NCBI RefSeq assembly: GCF_036971445.1
Contig: NC_091477.1
Location: forward strand, 97,030,001 to 97,094,000
DNA from: Narcine bancroftii
Taxonomy: Eukaryota
Length of the DNA stretch: 64,000 nt
Direction of reading: 5' to 3'
This document shows positions 23,106 through 36,092 of this stretch, one piece after another; position 1 is the stretch's first letter, and every line of letters begins with the position of its first letter. Both the position numbers and the translations under genes were made by a program. The notes beneath the pieces are model-generated. The model saw only the letters and a program-made list of their open reading frames with translations, made no database searches and was not told the origin of the DNA.

Positions 23106-25873
23106 TGTTATACAGTCAGGATAATGTGAACTATTTTGTTACCGTGTAAGAATACACCCTTCTCACTGTAGTGCACTACTGTGGAGCTTATGTTTATCCA
23201 TCTAAATACACATGCATATACATGTGAGTGTGTGAACATTCTCCTGAGATGGTGGAAGGGATCAGTAAGTAAAAGTCTCTTCTGTTATTTGAATCTTGTA
23301 TCTTTAAGTTATTTAAGAAGCCTCCCAAGTAACCCAGAGACATAACATGGTGGCAGTGGTATAAGAACAAGAATAAAGCCATACAATTGATTGTAAGTCA
23401 CTGAAATAAGAAGGGGAAGATGAGAAAAACTATTACTGAAAAAAAATGCCTGGAGCAACAGCAGTTTATCCAGTGATGGACGGGGAGACTGAAAACATTG
23501 TTAAATCGTTTAAAAAGTTTCAGCAGAAGTGCAATTTAGCTTTCAAAAGCTATTTTAAAAATGCAACAACAGAGGAGAAGGTCCGTTTTCTACTTCTCTG
23601 GACAGGAGAATGAGTCCTTGACTTATTTAATAGCTGGGAGCTTACAGAGGTGGAAAAATATGATCCAGAGCAGATATTTGGAAGGTTTGCTTCTCACCTT
23701 GAACCCAGGTCTAATCATAGAATTAAACGCTATGAATTTCAAGGTTTAATGCCCGAGACTAATGAAACTGTTGATAACTTCCTCACTAGACTAAAAATTG
23801 TTGCTGCAAAATGCAGATTTAAGGATATAGAGGAAAGATTAGTGCCCATCCCAAAGTGAAAAAGTCTCTTATAGGGAAGGATAGCTTGAAACTTGCCGAA
23901 GCTATAGACACAGCCAGAGCTTTCGAAGCCACGAGGATGCAAATGAATTCCCTATCTATGGCAAAGTGAAGGAAGGGTTGATGCTACAAAGAACACAATC
24001 AGAAAAGTGGAAACCCCCAAGACCTGCAGGAAGTGTGGCAGACAACACTCCTTCAATGACCGAAATAAATGCCCCGCATATAGTTCTGAATGTAGAGCCT
24101 GTGGTTAAGCAAACCACTGGGTGAAGATGTGCAAGTTTGGTATGAAGAAAACTGTAATACCAGTAAAGAAAAAACACAAGAAGAAGATCCACCACATAAA
24201 AGGAAACAACAATGAGGATCCCGACACCCAGATACTGGACATCGAATCTTCATGAGATGTCGGGTGAGATGAAAGAAGGAAGCGAGTTGCACAAAAGGAT
24301 CCAAATACAGAGGACAATCCAGAACAAGCCTACGATATTTAACCTAAAGGTGAAGCTGGATAATGGATCACAAAGAAACATCCTTCCACTCAGACTCTAC
24401 CGCCAGATGTTCCCAGAGAACATAATAAAAGGGTATCCAAAAGATGGTACTTGGAAACAGCAAATGTCACATTAACGGCCTATGGTGGACCCATGATCAA
24501 GCAGCTAGGGAGAGCTAAGATCGATGGCTGCCATAAGAGAAAGAACATCCTCTTTACATTCTACATGGTAGATGCGGACTGACCAGAAATTCTAGGTCTG
24601 GATAGCCACTAGGAGTTGCAGTTGATCTCTGTCAATTATGAGATCCAGACAAAGATATCCCAAAGCATTAACAGAAACATACAACAAAAAGAGGAAATGA
24701 TTTCCACAGAAGTACCTGCCAGGCCATGGCACACAATGAGAGCAGACTTGTTCACCGAGAATCAGGAGTGGTATTTAATAGTAGCCTGTTACTACTCTAA
24801 GTTTCCATTTGTCAAACGGGTGAAAGACCTGAGAGCGTCAACTATTACCTCAGAAATGTGAGTGCTCCTTGCTGAACAAGGAATACCTGAGCAAGTAATA
24901 TGTGACAATGGAACATGGTTCGCATCACAAGAATTCAGGAAGCTGGCTGCAGAGTATGGGTTTGTTATCACTACATCATCCCCATACTACCCCAAAGGTC
25001 ATGGGTTCAATGAAAGACAAGTGCAAACTGTAAAACGGACACTAGTTAAGTGTCGCGAAACAAAAGAAGACCCATACCTAATTCTTCTATCATTACGAGT
25101 AACACCTTAAAGGAAAAATACACCCTCCAAAAGACCAGAAGGAAACTAGAAGAAGATTGGCTGACACGCAAGAAGGAGAATGCCAGCACAAACATGTACA
25201 AATGTTGCCAGAACTCTTCAGAGGGCAGCATGTGCATATTTAAGAGCCGATGTTGAAAACATGGACCCCAGCAAAGGTCATCAGAGAAGCTGAGACACCA
25301 AGATCATACATTGACAGGACAGACTCTGGCAATCAGCTGAGGAGAAACAGAATTCACATCCAGTCGACATAGATGTGATGAAGCAGAAAGCTTTATTACC
25401 AGCAAAGCCCGCAACACCAGTATCAAGTGAAAAGACCACAACCACGAATCAACACAGCAGTGAAGCACAACAAGGTCCATCTCCTCCACGTGGACCAGCA
25501 ACACAGAGCCAAACTATTGCCAGCCAAATCCACAAGATGGTGAAGGAACATACTGCCACCAATGCGATATCAATAAGAAATAGTTGTGTAAATAAATTAG
25601 TGTACAAGTTCAGTTACTTAAGTTGCACTGGAAAGAAAGTGATAAAGAACTCTAAATTTTTCTTTATCTTGAGAAGGAGGGATGTTATATAGTCAGGATA
25701 ATGTCAACTATTTTGTAACCATGTAAGAATACACCCTTCTTGCTGTAGTAACTGTAGTGCACCACGTATGTATATGTGTGTGTGAGCAGTCTCCTGTGAT
25801 GGTGGAAGGCATCAGTAAGTAAAAGTCTTTTAAGTTATTTAAGATTCCTCCCAAGTAACCCAGAGACATAGCA
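23106..25873 (+). mobile_element. Internally deleted Gypsy LTR retrotransposon (LTR-gag-PR-IN-LTR, no RT/RNase H)
   Basis: 5' LTR 23106-23347; PBS TGGTGGCAG; gag zinc-knuckle remnants; protease KLDNGSQRNILP; integrase PWHTMRADLF and DNGTWFASQEF; PPT GAGAAGGAGGGA; 3' LTR 25683-25873. Confidence 0.9.
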
Positions 25874-27040
25874 CCACATGACTGCTTCAGCGCAGAATCC
25901 CTTCAAAAGATGATTCTTCAAGTGCTGCTTCCTTAAAATGGCCCCTGAGCAAAGTACTCTGTCTTGAATCTGTTGGTCTCATGATCATTGCTCCTGGGTT
26001 TCCTCTCTCCAAGATGTATCCAATGAGGAACATGCTGTCTTCAAACCTGCTTTCGATTCACAGTCACTCCAAAATGGTGATGTTTGCTACAATATTATTC
26101 TTTCTGACTTGGAACAGTTCCTAGCCAAGTCTTTAAATTAATATAATGGTATGCGTTTTGGTATAAAGATCCACTGTAAATGATCTGTATTTAAATGACA
26201 ACAAATCTCATTTTTTTAATGAGCTGTGAAATTCACCGGATTTCACATATATGCCAATGCCACTAAGATACACTTCACCATCCCCTCTTTTACCTCTTTG
26301 ATAAAAATAAACAATGCTATAGGGATAGACATTTCTTCCAACTTAATATTGAAAAAATAACAGCTGAAAATTCTGTTTCCTGACTCAATACTTTCTCCGA
26401 GGCTGCTGTTTAAAGTTGATAAGTAGTTGATGTCACATCTAATCCCAAGACCACCTTCATTTTGACTTCACCATAACCGCCTACTTCTACCTCCATAAGA
26501 TTACCAGCTCCTCCTGTTTTTATTCAAAATGGTCAATCGTCCTCCTTCTCGTTTTGACTATTTCAATGGTCTCTGTCTCATCCTCCTCTTTGAGCTCACT
26601 CAAAACTTTGCTGCTTGTATCCTAATTCATAATGTCCCATATCCTGTACTAAAAAACCTCTGATTTTTAAAAATTTATTTTGGTGCTAAAATACTCAGTG
26701 ACAGGATATGGGACGTTATGAATTAGGATACAAGCAGCAGAGCATTTTAGCACCAAAAGAAATTTAAAAAAATCGGAGGTCAAGATGATGTTATAAATGT
26801 GGAAACAAGAATCACTTATACTTTAATTCCCCTGAAGTCTTTCCTTCTCCAACTGTATCTCTGACTCACTCCTCTCTATACTCCTTCAATTTTGGCCTTT
26901 TGTACATCCTCAACATCAATCACTCCACATTAGTGATCATGCCTTCAGCTTCCCTGGGCCAGGACTCTGGAGTTCCTCCCTAAAACTCTCCCCCTTTATT
27001 TTTCTCTTATTAGACCAACCATTAAACTAAACACTTTGAT

Positions 27041-27510
27041 CATTGGCGTCACTCGGGGAGTGCAGACCGCACCGGGTGACACCATCAGAAGGGTTGACAC
27101 CAAAATGGCTCTAATAAATTTTTGTGTAGTGTTTCAGCAGAAATTTATTATTTTTAAGAAAAATATCCCTGTAATTAGTTATAATAACAAAACTATTTTT
27201 CATAAGCCCAGCTTACATGTAGCAATAGACCTACAAGGCTAAAAATTTATGCTAATTTACTTTTTGAATCTTCCAATGCAGCTGGTCAGAGCTGTCATTA
27301 TTATCCAATTACAATGATGCTTTGAATCACATGGTTTTGTCTGCAAGTACTACAAGCCCATGCTGCTGTTTTTATAGTCGCAGCTTTTATCAAATTTTCT
27401 GGTGTGGTAACATTGTGGTAATTACCATATATTTCGGAATATAAGTTGAGTCGTGAAACCCTAACAAATTTCTCGGGGGGGGGGGGGTTTGACTTGTACG
27501 CCGAATATAC
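27041..27510. mobile_element. DNA-transposon end fragments (hAT-like end ~27041; Tc1/pogo-like short element ~27424-27510)
   Basis: CATTGGCGTCACT...GCACCGGGTGACACC; TACCATATATTTCGGAATATAAG ... CTTGTACGCCGAATATAC inverted ends. Confidence 0.45.
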
Positions 27511-27605
27511 TTTTGAGACCTTAAATTCACTGACGTCAATTCAGCATATAAATCAATGCTGGAAGCACCTCTCCATGGCTGGGGGCCGCCATAACCGCTC
27601 CTACC

Positions 27606-28683
27606 TTGTGTGGTTATTTTGTTGTGTCTACTGCAAATCCAATGGCCACAATTGGTGACCCCGATGAGTCCAAAAACGTATGTTTGGACAAACATGGACT
27701 CTGCAGCTGTTGCTGTGAACCTACCACCTTTCTGGAAAGCCTGAACTGTGGTTCTAACAGGCTGAAGCACTTGTGCTCGGGCGTTCCTCAGTTCCTGGGT
27801 AACTCATTTTGGTTTTCCGGCTCATATTACTTCGGATAGAGAACCACAATTTACTTCCTTGCTGTGGACGGCCTTGTCTCACTTGCTCAGTGCAACAATT
27901 CATCATATGAATGCCTATCATCCCCAGGCTAATAGAATGGTGGAAAGATTTGATCGACATCTCAAGTCAGCCTTGATGGCTCGGTTATAGGGTCTGAACT
28001 GGGCTTATGAGCTGTCCTGGGTATTATTGAGCATTAGAACAGCTGTAAAGGAGGACCTCCAAACTTCATCTGCGGAGCTCATGTATGGTGCACTATTGGT
28101 GGTTCCAGGGGAGTTCATCCCCAACCATTCCAACTCCAACAATGATCCTAAGGAATTGTTGAGCAGGCTAAGGGAGACCGTAGGGAAATTGTCTCATGGA
28201 GAACGCTCTTCTTTTGGGTCTCAAAAACTGCCAATATGTCTTTGTCCGAAGGAGAACACTTGGTCAACCTTTACAGACGCCTTACAAAGGACCTTATAGG
28301 ATACTCAGACAAACTAGGTCAACCTGTATTTTGGACATTGGAGGGAAGCCACAGTCTTTCACTATTGACTGGTTTAAACCAGCTCATATGGACAAATCTT
28401 CCCCACTACAGCAGCCAACAGTCCATCGCAGAGGTCAACAACCTAAGAGACAGGCAAACCTTTCTGCCCGTTTTGGGGGAGGGGCATATAGCGGCACTAT
28501 AACTCCCAGAAGGCATCAAACTGGCTAAGTGACATCAGTGCATGATGACGTCAGTGCATATCGAGCGCGTGATTTCTGGATTTTAAAAGGTGGCACAGGT
28601 GATGAGAGTAAATCTGTTTGATTCACTCTAGAAACTCCTTGTGTGGTTATTTTGTTGTGTCCACTGCGATTCCAGTGGCCACA
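27606..28683 (+). mobile_element. Second internally deleted Gypsy element
   Basis: LTR end TTGTGTGGTTATTTTGTTGTGTC...GGCCACA at ~27606-27650 and ~28639-28683; PBS TGGTGACCCCGA; gag start MDSAAVAVNLPPFW fused to integrase YHPQANRMVERFDRHLK and PYKGPY; PPT GGGGGAGGGGCA. Confidence 0.85.
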
Positions 28684-28933
28684 CCTCTTTATACCAAAGC
28701 TCATCCTCCTAAATCTGTGTGTTCATTGACCTTGTTAGTCTGACTTAATGGGCTACAAAACTAAGGATTCTCAATGCAGAATGTGGAAAGGGCAGGTAAT
28801 CTCTGATGTAGGCTCGGCTGAATTATTTTGAGCTACGTCCACCTAAGGATATCACTCTTACTGCAGAAATAGATCTATTTTAAGATCTTCGATATTGAAC
28901 CTCTATGCAGCCTGATTTTTCTGTGTTTGTTAG

Positions 28934-29241
28934 GTGCGACAGGATTTAGATATGTTTTTGGGAGATAAATTGGGGCAGGTTTGTTAGTGTAGGTCACATA
29001 CAAACACTTTAAAACAGATCTTATTTAAAATACTGGAGCTCTGCTTATGTTAGACATGTTGGGGTCAACAGTCTTTGCAAAAGCTTTGGAGAGTGCCCAA
29101 GAGACTTCACTAATGGATTGTTGTTGTTTACAAAAAGGCAACAGATGAAAGAGTTCATCAGAGCCACATTCTGTCTGGAGTGGAATTTGCTGTTCTAGGA
29201 GGGTCAATGGTTTTGCAAGCAGAGAGAGTAAAACAGGCTTG

Positions 29242-29299
<58 letters not shown>

Positions 29300-29975
29300 C
29301 ATGGAGTTCAGTTCTACTGTTTTACAGCCAGCAGCAGCAACTGGAACAGAACAAGCTGGCAAGCTTGAGGAAAAGCCCATTTGGAAGACGGGTTGTGAGT
29401 GCTTAGTTCAGCCTGGTCAGAGCCCTTAGGGTTCATGCAAGAAGAGAGGACTGGCTGTCTAATGTCTCAATTGAAATAGGAGAAACAAAAAGGCACTCTG
29501 TGGTGACCTGAAAGAAAGAGGTGATCATCTGGAGAACCCTGAGGGGGCAAGTTTCATCAGCAAAACACTGAAGAGGCTGATGGAAGTAAATCAGTTGTGG
29601 ATGTCCTGGAACAACAAATCTCTCTCTGAAAACTGACAAGAACCTTCCTGAGTGGTAACCATTTACAAACACCAAAGCCTGGTGAAGTTTATAAATGTTA
29701 AATTCTGTGCACAGTGTAAGAATTGCCTACAATCAGTGGACTTGGAGGAATGAGAAGTGAGATTGGACTGTGAATCAAAGAACATTTCTGAACTTACTCC
29801 CCCTTTACATGCACGTGCACTTAGAATTAGAAGGGGTTAAGTTAGGTTAGTTAAGTCAATAGTGATAAGTTAAAGTGTGATTCTGTTTTCATGTTTAAAG
29901 ATAATTAAGGGCAACTTTTGTTTAAGCATTTGTCTTGGTGAGTATCTATTGCTGCTGGGTTTTTGGGGTCCTCTG
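28934..29975 (+). mobile_element. Long solo LTR-like element with a (GT)n(GA)n microsatellite (~29245-29299)
   Basis: TGCGACAGG start; LTR-like composition; bounded by a GTTTGTTAG direct repeat. Confidence 0.6.
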
Positions 29976-30199
29976 GTTTGTTAGAGACAAGTTATGTTGG
30001 TGCCTAATACTACTGACACCCTCTTATACAGACACAGGCAGCATCTCTGAAAAGAGAGAAAAAAGTGAGCGTTTCAAACGGAGGAACCTCAGAACTTTGT
30101 TCTGGTCCTCGTTTACAGTTTAGTGTGGGTAACATTCGGAAAGCTGTCACCCTCAGTGAACTGGAAGTGAGAACCCTCCCCCGAGTGCACGAACGTCAG

Positions 30200-30245
30200 G
30201 AGGTCCAATATCAGGAGGGAGGGCGGCACTGGTTTAAAAATAGCG
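30200..30245 (+). promoter_or_regulatory. USP13 proximal promoter
   Basis: CCAAT (~30205), GGGCGG (~30221) and TATA-like TTTAAAAATA (~30233) in canonical order, in a CpG-enriched region upstream of exon 1. Confidence 0.55.
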
Positions 30246-30317
30246 TGTCGTCCTGCTGTCTCCTCTCTTTATGATCAATGTCTGCCCTGAACCGCCTTCT
30301 GGGTTAGGAATGTCAAC

Positions 30318-30428
30318 ATGGCTGCAGACGTCGGAGAACTGCTGGTCCCGTATATGCCAACTATCCGAGTCCCCAGATCAGGGGACAGGGTCTACAAGAG
30401 CGAATGCGCCTTCTCCTTCGACTCCCCA
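30318..30428 (+). CDS. USP13: USP13 coding exon 1 (ubiquitin-specific peptidase 13 / isopeptidase T3)
   Basis: [37 protein letters not shown]; GTAAGT donor; USP13 follows NDUFB5 in conserved synteny. Confidence 0.95.
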
Positions 30429-30604
30429 GTAAGTAGGCACCGCATTCCTTCAGCGGGGAGCCTGCCTTGTCTGAAGAGCAGGACTATTCTGGATTGACAC
30501 GTGAATTGATTGTGAGCCCTGCAGATGTTGCTCCGTTTGGGAACCTCTGGTCCCTTTGAGTGAATCCGGCAGGGAATAGGAAAGGTTTGGTGCGAGCCCT
30601 GCAG

Positions 30605-30778
30605 AGACCCCAGCAGCCGGTGGCGGAGACCCCCCCCCCCCCCCAGCAGCCGGTGGCGGAGACCCCCCCCCCCAGCAGCCGGTGGCGGAGACCCCCCCCC
30701 ACAGCAGCCGGTGGCGGAGACCCCCCCCCCCCAGCAGCCGGTGGCGGAGACCCCCCCCCAGCAGCCGGTGGCGGAGCG
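30605..30778. repeat. GC-rich ~30-bp minisatellite with poly-C runs, 5 copies
   Basis: Unit CAGCAGCCGGTGGCGGAGA followed by C8-C14. Confidence 0.95.
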
Positions 30779-32762
30779 TGGCAGAGTTCCACAAGGTGAT
30801 TTGGAGGGAGCTGAACCATTTAAACCGAGATAAAGCGGCAGGTCTTGGATGGGAAACAGTTGTAGAACTTGTCAAAGTCGTTGTTAGGCGAGTAAGTCAA
30901 GGAGGCAAAAGGAAAAAAAAACCAACCACATATTGCAATGGTTACTTTGGAAAGAAAAGTGAGGAAATTAACATTAAAAGCGCTTCAACTCGTACAAGTT
31001 TGAGCAGGAGGTAGATAAATCGTCAGATTTCTGTATTTTAAAAAACTTGATACAAGTGTTAAAATGTTGCAAAAGGTGACTCAGCTGTTTGACGTTCAAC
31101 AGCAGGGCCAGAAAAGGTTATTTATAACCAGACAGTTTGGGGCTCGGGTGTCGCTTGTTTTGTTATGAGTTGATTTTGAACATATTAATTGAAAAGGAAA
31201 AATGAATGAATTGATTTAAATAATTACACATGTCCACGCATTAATAACTTTCAATGTCGTTTTTAAAAGCTGTATTCTTGTATTTTATTTGTGGTGTAAT
31301 GTGATCACTACATTAACCTTAAAGGTGGAACGTGTGGGAGTCTGTGCTCCATCCAGTGGCGAGTGAGCATATGGTAATTGCCACTTATCTACTTATCTAC
31401 TATCGACTAGCGGGATAAATAAGCGCAGATTTTTTTTCCCGATCAATAGGAATTTCCTTCACCATGTTTCAACTTGCTGAGAGCATAAAAAACCGGAAGG
31501 AGACACTTGCTCCCTTTCAGAATAGTTCATGAACATTTGGAGATGTGCCTAAATTGGGAGTGTTGTTGTAATCCTTCAATATCTTCTGTCCCACCAAGAT
31601 AGCAGCATGACAATATAGGCTGGGACTCGATGACCTTGGCAATCCAGACTGGATGATGTCTTGTCGCATAGGGACAGGCACAGACTCATCAACTTTCTGC
31701 TCCTTAACTCTGCTTGCCTTCCATTGACTCCTTCTGCCTCTTACCCCATCCCAGTTAATGATTCCCAAGAGTCTTTATTTTCATTCCACTTGGAATAAGT
31801 ACTGGGAACAGCAAGCTAATTGATTGTACTCTGTGCAGAGAACTTGTACAACCATCAGCAAGAATGACTGACAAGCGTCATCACTGACCGAATTAGATGT
31901 ACCCTGAAAAATGCACTATTGACCGCTGATGGCAAAAGAAATATTACAGATCTATCACCTTATCCTCATTAATCGACTTCTTGCAAGTTCATCTGTCCAA
32001 AATTAATTGGTAGCTTTTAAGAACTGCATGGTTATTGTGCAGGTAAAGTCCAGTATTCCTATCTGGAATCCCATCCGTTGTGTTATAAGGCAATACCTTC
32101 ATGGCTAAATGGGATAAATGAAAGCAAAGTGTGGTATCGATGAGGTGCTGTGGACTGTTGCTACACTCCCATCAGTGAACTGAATTGATAAGCAAAGTGA
32201 TGAAAGGTATTGATGAAAATGCAGTTAACTAGCAGTTACCAAGAACAGATCAACCAAAGATACTTGGATACAATGAAATCAATGAGTAATATTTTCACTG
32301 GCAAGAAATCTATCTAGCATTAAGGAAGATGGATGTAATTGGTGGAGCTCTGTCTTCAATTCAATTTATTATAATTCCACTGAATGCATTTAACCAGATG
32401 AAAGTGTTTCTCAGGACTTTAGTGGACAAGCAAACACACATAATACACAGCACATAATAATCACATATACATAAATATAAAATAAGTATGTATTATATTG
32501 ACATTATATTAAAATTTCAGGATTTTCTCCATATAGTGTTCGAGATGCCTTTTTTTAAAATCAGTAATAAAAGAAATGGGTAAGTTTATTGCTAGTTGCA
32601 CAATATTCTTTGACATTCACATTATTCCTTGTTAATGAACCAACCTAACACCTGAAGAGCAATGTGGTGATAAATTGCAGGGAATATTGACAATATCAGT
32701 CATAAACAATTATCCTTCTTTAAATTTATATTTTTAAATTTAGACAGACAGCATGGTATGAT

Positions 32763-33322
32763 GGCTACATCACAGTCTGGTATGGGGACACCAATACCCC
32801 TGAACTTAAAACCCTCCAAAAGGTAGTGGACACAGCCCAGGACATCACAAGCAAAACCCTCCCCACTATCGAGAACATCTACAGGAAACGCAGCTGTCAG
32901 AGAGCAGCAGCAATCACCAAGGATTCACACCACCCAGCACACACTCTGTTCTCACTGCTGCCATCAGAAGCACACACTCTGTTCTCACTGCTGCCATCAG
33001 AAAAGAGGTCTAGTGGCCACAAGACTCACACCACCAGCATCAGGAACAGCTGCTACCCTTCCACCATCAGACTCCTCAATCAGAGACTCATTTAAGGACT
33101 CTTACTTGTGTACTTTAACCATATTGTTTCTTTTTTAATTTTCTCTATGTTGCAGTCAATTTATTTGTATTCATTGTCTTTTTGCAGTTCTTTGTTTACG
33201 TTTACACTGTGTACATTTTTTTGCACTACCAATTAGTCATAATTATTGCACGCCCTCAGGTAAAAGAATCTCAGGGTTGTATGTGATGTCACATACATAC
33301 TCTGACAATAAATAAAACTGAA
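32763..33322 (+). mobile_element. Rex1-like LINE 3' fragment
   Basis: LQKVVDTAQDITSKTLPTIENIY; internal ~33-bp duplication; GACAATAAA tail. Confidence 0.8.
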
Positions 33323-36092
33323 ATGGGTAAAAGGCCCTTTCGGCCCATGAACCTGTGCCACCCAATTACACCTAATTTACCTACAATTTTGAACAGTGGG
33401 AGGAAAGTGGAGGACCTGGAGGAAACCCACACAGACATGGAGAGAACAGACAGCGTGGGATTCAAACCCCGGTCTCAATCGCTGGCACTGTTACAGCATT
33501 GTGTTAACCGTGCCCCTCTTCTCACATCTAAGCACATGTCCTCCCTGATATAAAACTCAGTCTCCATCATCAAATCTTCAAGGAGTTCCATTGACTAGGA
33601 GCTTGCCTTCTCTAGGTACACAAATGCTGTGAGTATAATTGGGACAAGGGCTGAGGATCTAGTGATGACTGACTTACCTTCTGATTTCCAATCCTTTTCC
33701 ATCAGCTGCACCATGCGCCAGGATGGAATAAAGTTCACTTGCCTGGATGACCACAACTCCAGCAGCTCAATGTTATCCAGGAGAAAGCAATTTACCTGAC
33801 TGTCACCCTTAACACCACCTTCATTATTCAATCTATTATGTCGTCATTCTGCAGCACGATTAATGTAGCAGTTGGCACACACTATTACAGCGCCAGCGAC
33901 CTGGGTTTAAATCTGGCAATGTCTGTAAGGAATTTGTATGTTCTCCCCATGTCTGCATGCGTTTTCTCCAGGTGCTCCAGTTTCATCCCACCCTTCAAAA
34001 TGTACGGAGATTGTAGGCTAATTGGGTAAAATTGGGCAACATGGACTTGTGAGCCAGAAGGGCCTGTTAGCATGCTGTATGGCTAAATTAAAAAAATAAA
34101 CAAGTAATTAATTAAATTTAAAAAACATAAATTAAAAACTAAATTAAATCAATACTGATGGGAGTGCTGCAATAGCTCATAGCATATCATTGATACCTCA
34201 TTTTGGACTGTTAGATTTATCTCATATAGCCATGATGGTATTACAATGGGAGGAAGGGACAAAATGTTTGGTGGTAGCATCAAGGTGAAGCTGGTGAAAG
34301 ATCACAGATGTCACGGAGGCAGAATAGTTTATGCTGGTGGCGATCAGCTTCAGAGACCCTAGTTCAAACCTGACCCCAGGTGAGGAGTGTGGGAAACTTG
34401 CACTTTCTCCCAGTGCCCCTGTGGGTCATCCCCAGGTGTTCCAGTTTCCTTCCACATCTCAAAGACATGCTGGTTGGTTAATGACACATGTAAATTTCCC
34501 CCAATGTGTACAAGTGCCAGATACTAAAGATATGAGCATGTGGGGGAGAATAGATTGCAGGGACGCAGGAGAAGCAAGGGGCCTCACAGAAGCCCTCAGA
34601 ACGTCATCACTATCCTGATATTTCTGTTTTGTAGGAAATAAAACAATGAATCATCAGCTGAACACAGAGGCCAGTGAGGTAGAAAGTAGGGAGAAGGGGA
34701 GCTTTATTCTTGCTCTAGATGAGTGGTGTGGGCTTGAGAACAGAAATGGATGAGGTTGAGAATCTTTATCAATGAAGTAAAACCACAATTGTGGGAAGAG
34801 TAAGATATATTGCTTTTTGGTGTTTCTCCTGTGTTACTTGCACTACAGTTGTATTAACTTTTCTAACAGTAAATTACTACATCCACTTTTATGAAGTTTC
34901 CACACTTGCATGATCTAAAGAACCCTCCTGCCAGTCGAGTTACTGTGAAACCACAGATTTTTCAGGGCCTCGGTGGATATTTCCAGATATTTAAAAATAA
35001 ATTACATTTGGATTTCCAATATCTGTAGTAGATTACCTCTTTTGATTACTGGTATATTTGGTCATGCTCCCACTAGAAATTTATTAAAGAAATTTAAGCT
35101 TGTACCTGTACTCCCATATCAGTCTGCTCTGGTGAAGTTCAGATGAAGAATTGTTGAAGCAAAAGAGATATTTGGACCAAGCCTTGCAGGTTTGGCTCAA
35201 CTCTATGCTAAGATCATGTATTTTTCAATCTGTATAAATGCATTACACTTATAAAGTGGATGTGTAATCTGCATAAAAGTGTATATAATAATTCATTATT
35301 GGAAAAGTTAATAAAATTGCTGTCTGCCAAATATGGTTCAGAAAGAAGCTCTTTAGGAATAATGCTTTGAGCTAAAATCTATGTTTAAAAAAAAAAAAAA
35401 CAGCTTTCATGGTCAAACCAAAAGAAACAATTGATGTATGGTGTATTATATTCCAGGAAATCATTTATCTGTAGCTGATTTGTGGGTGAGTCATCAGAAC
35501 ATTAATTTCATTTGATTGAAGGGGAATTATTAGTCTGTAGACATTGTACTTCCATTTTTTAATTACAAGAGTAGATCTTTTGGAACAAACTATTTGGTGT
35601 TTTATTTTGCTGTATTAAAAGAATAACGTTATAAAATGTGCAATAGGCCTATTATCTGTAAAATATAATTGGATTAGACAAACCATTTTCATCATGTGTT
35701 TGATTTAATTTTGGAGTGAGAATTAACTAAGGGTCCATGGATATTTTCATTGAATGAAAACATAGTTAAGAGATTCAATTTATGTTTTCTGTCTAAAATT
35801 TACAAAACAAAATTTGGCTGCAATTTTTGTGTTTTAACAGTGCCATTAAAAGAAATGCTGCTGGATCAGTTTACTAATTCAGTACTAACGCTATGCATTA
35901 AAACTGCTACCAAATAATGGATGGTGCACTTTTGTTTTATTATTACACTGCCTGCTGTACTTAAGTGTATGTTGACTTGGCTGGATGGCACACAAAGCAA
36001 AGCTATTAACTGTATCATCGTACACATGCCTATAAATAATTCAATTCATGCACTATGACTGTAAGATGAACCTCACAGTTATAGAATAGCGT

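Larger units (their letters stand above)
22112..26247 (-). mobile_element. Large LTR-like element hosting a minisatellite and a nested Gypsy provirus
   Basis: TGTTG...TTCACA termini; flanks TATAG/TATAT (4/5 match); composition resembles the reverse of the 28934-29975 LTR. Confidence 0.45.

Noticed and set aside
30450-31014. Pro/Gly-rich ORFs
   Set aside because: Translation artefacts of the intronic minisatellite
34872-35270. Short imperfect inverted similarity (TACATCCACTTTTAT / ATAAAGTGGATGTG)
   Set aside because: Too short and degenerate to separate from chance or an old MITE by eye
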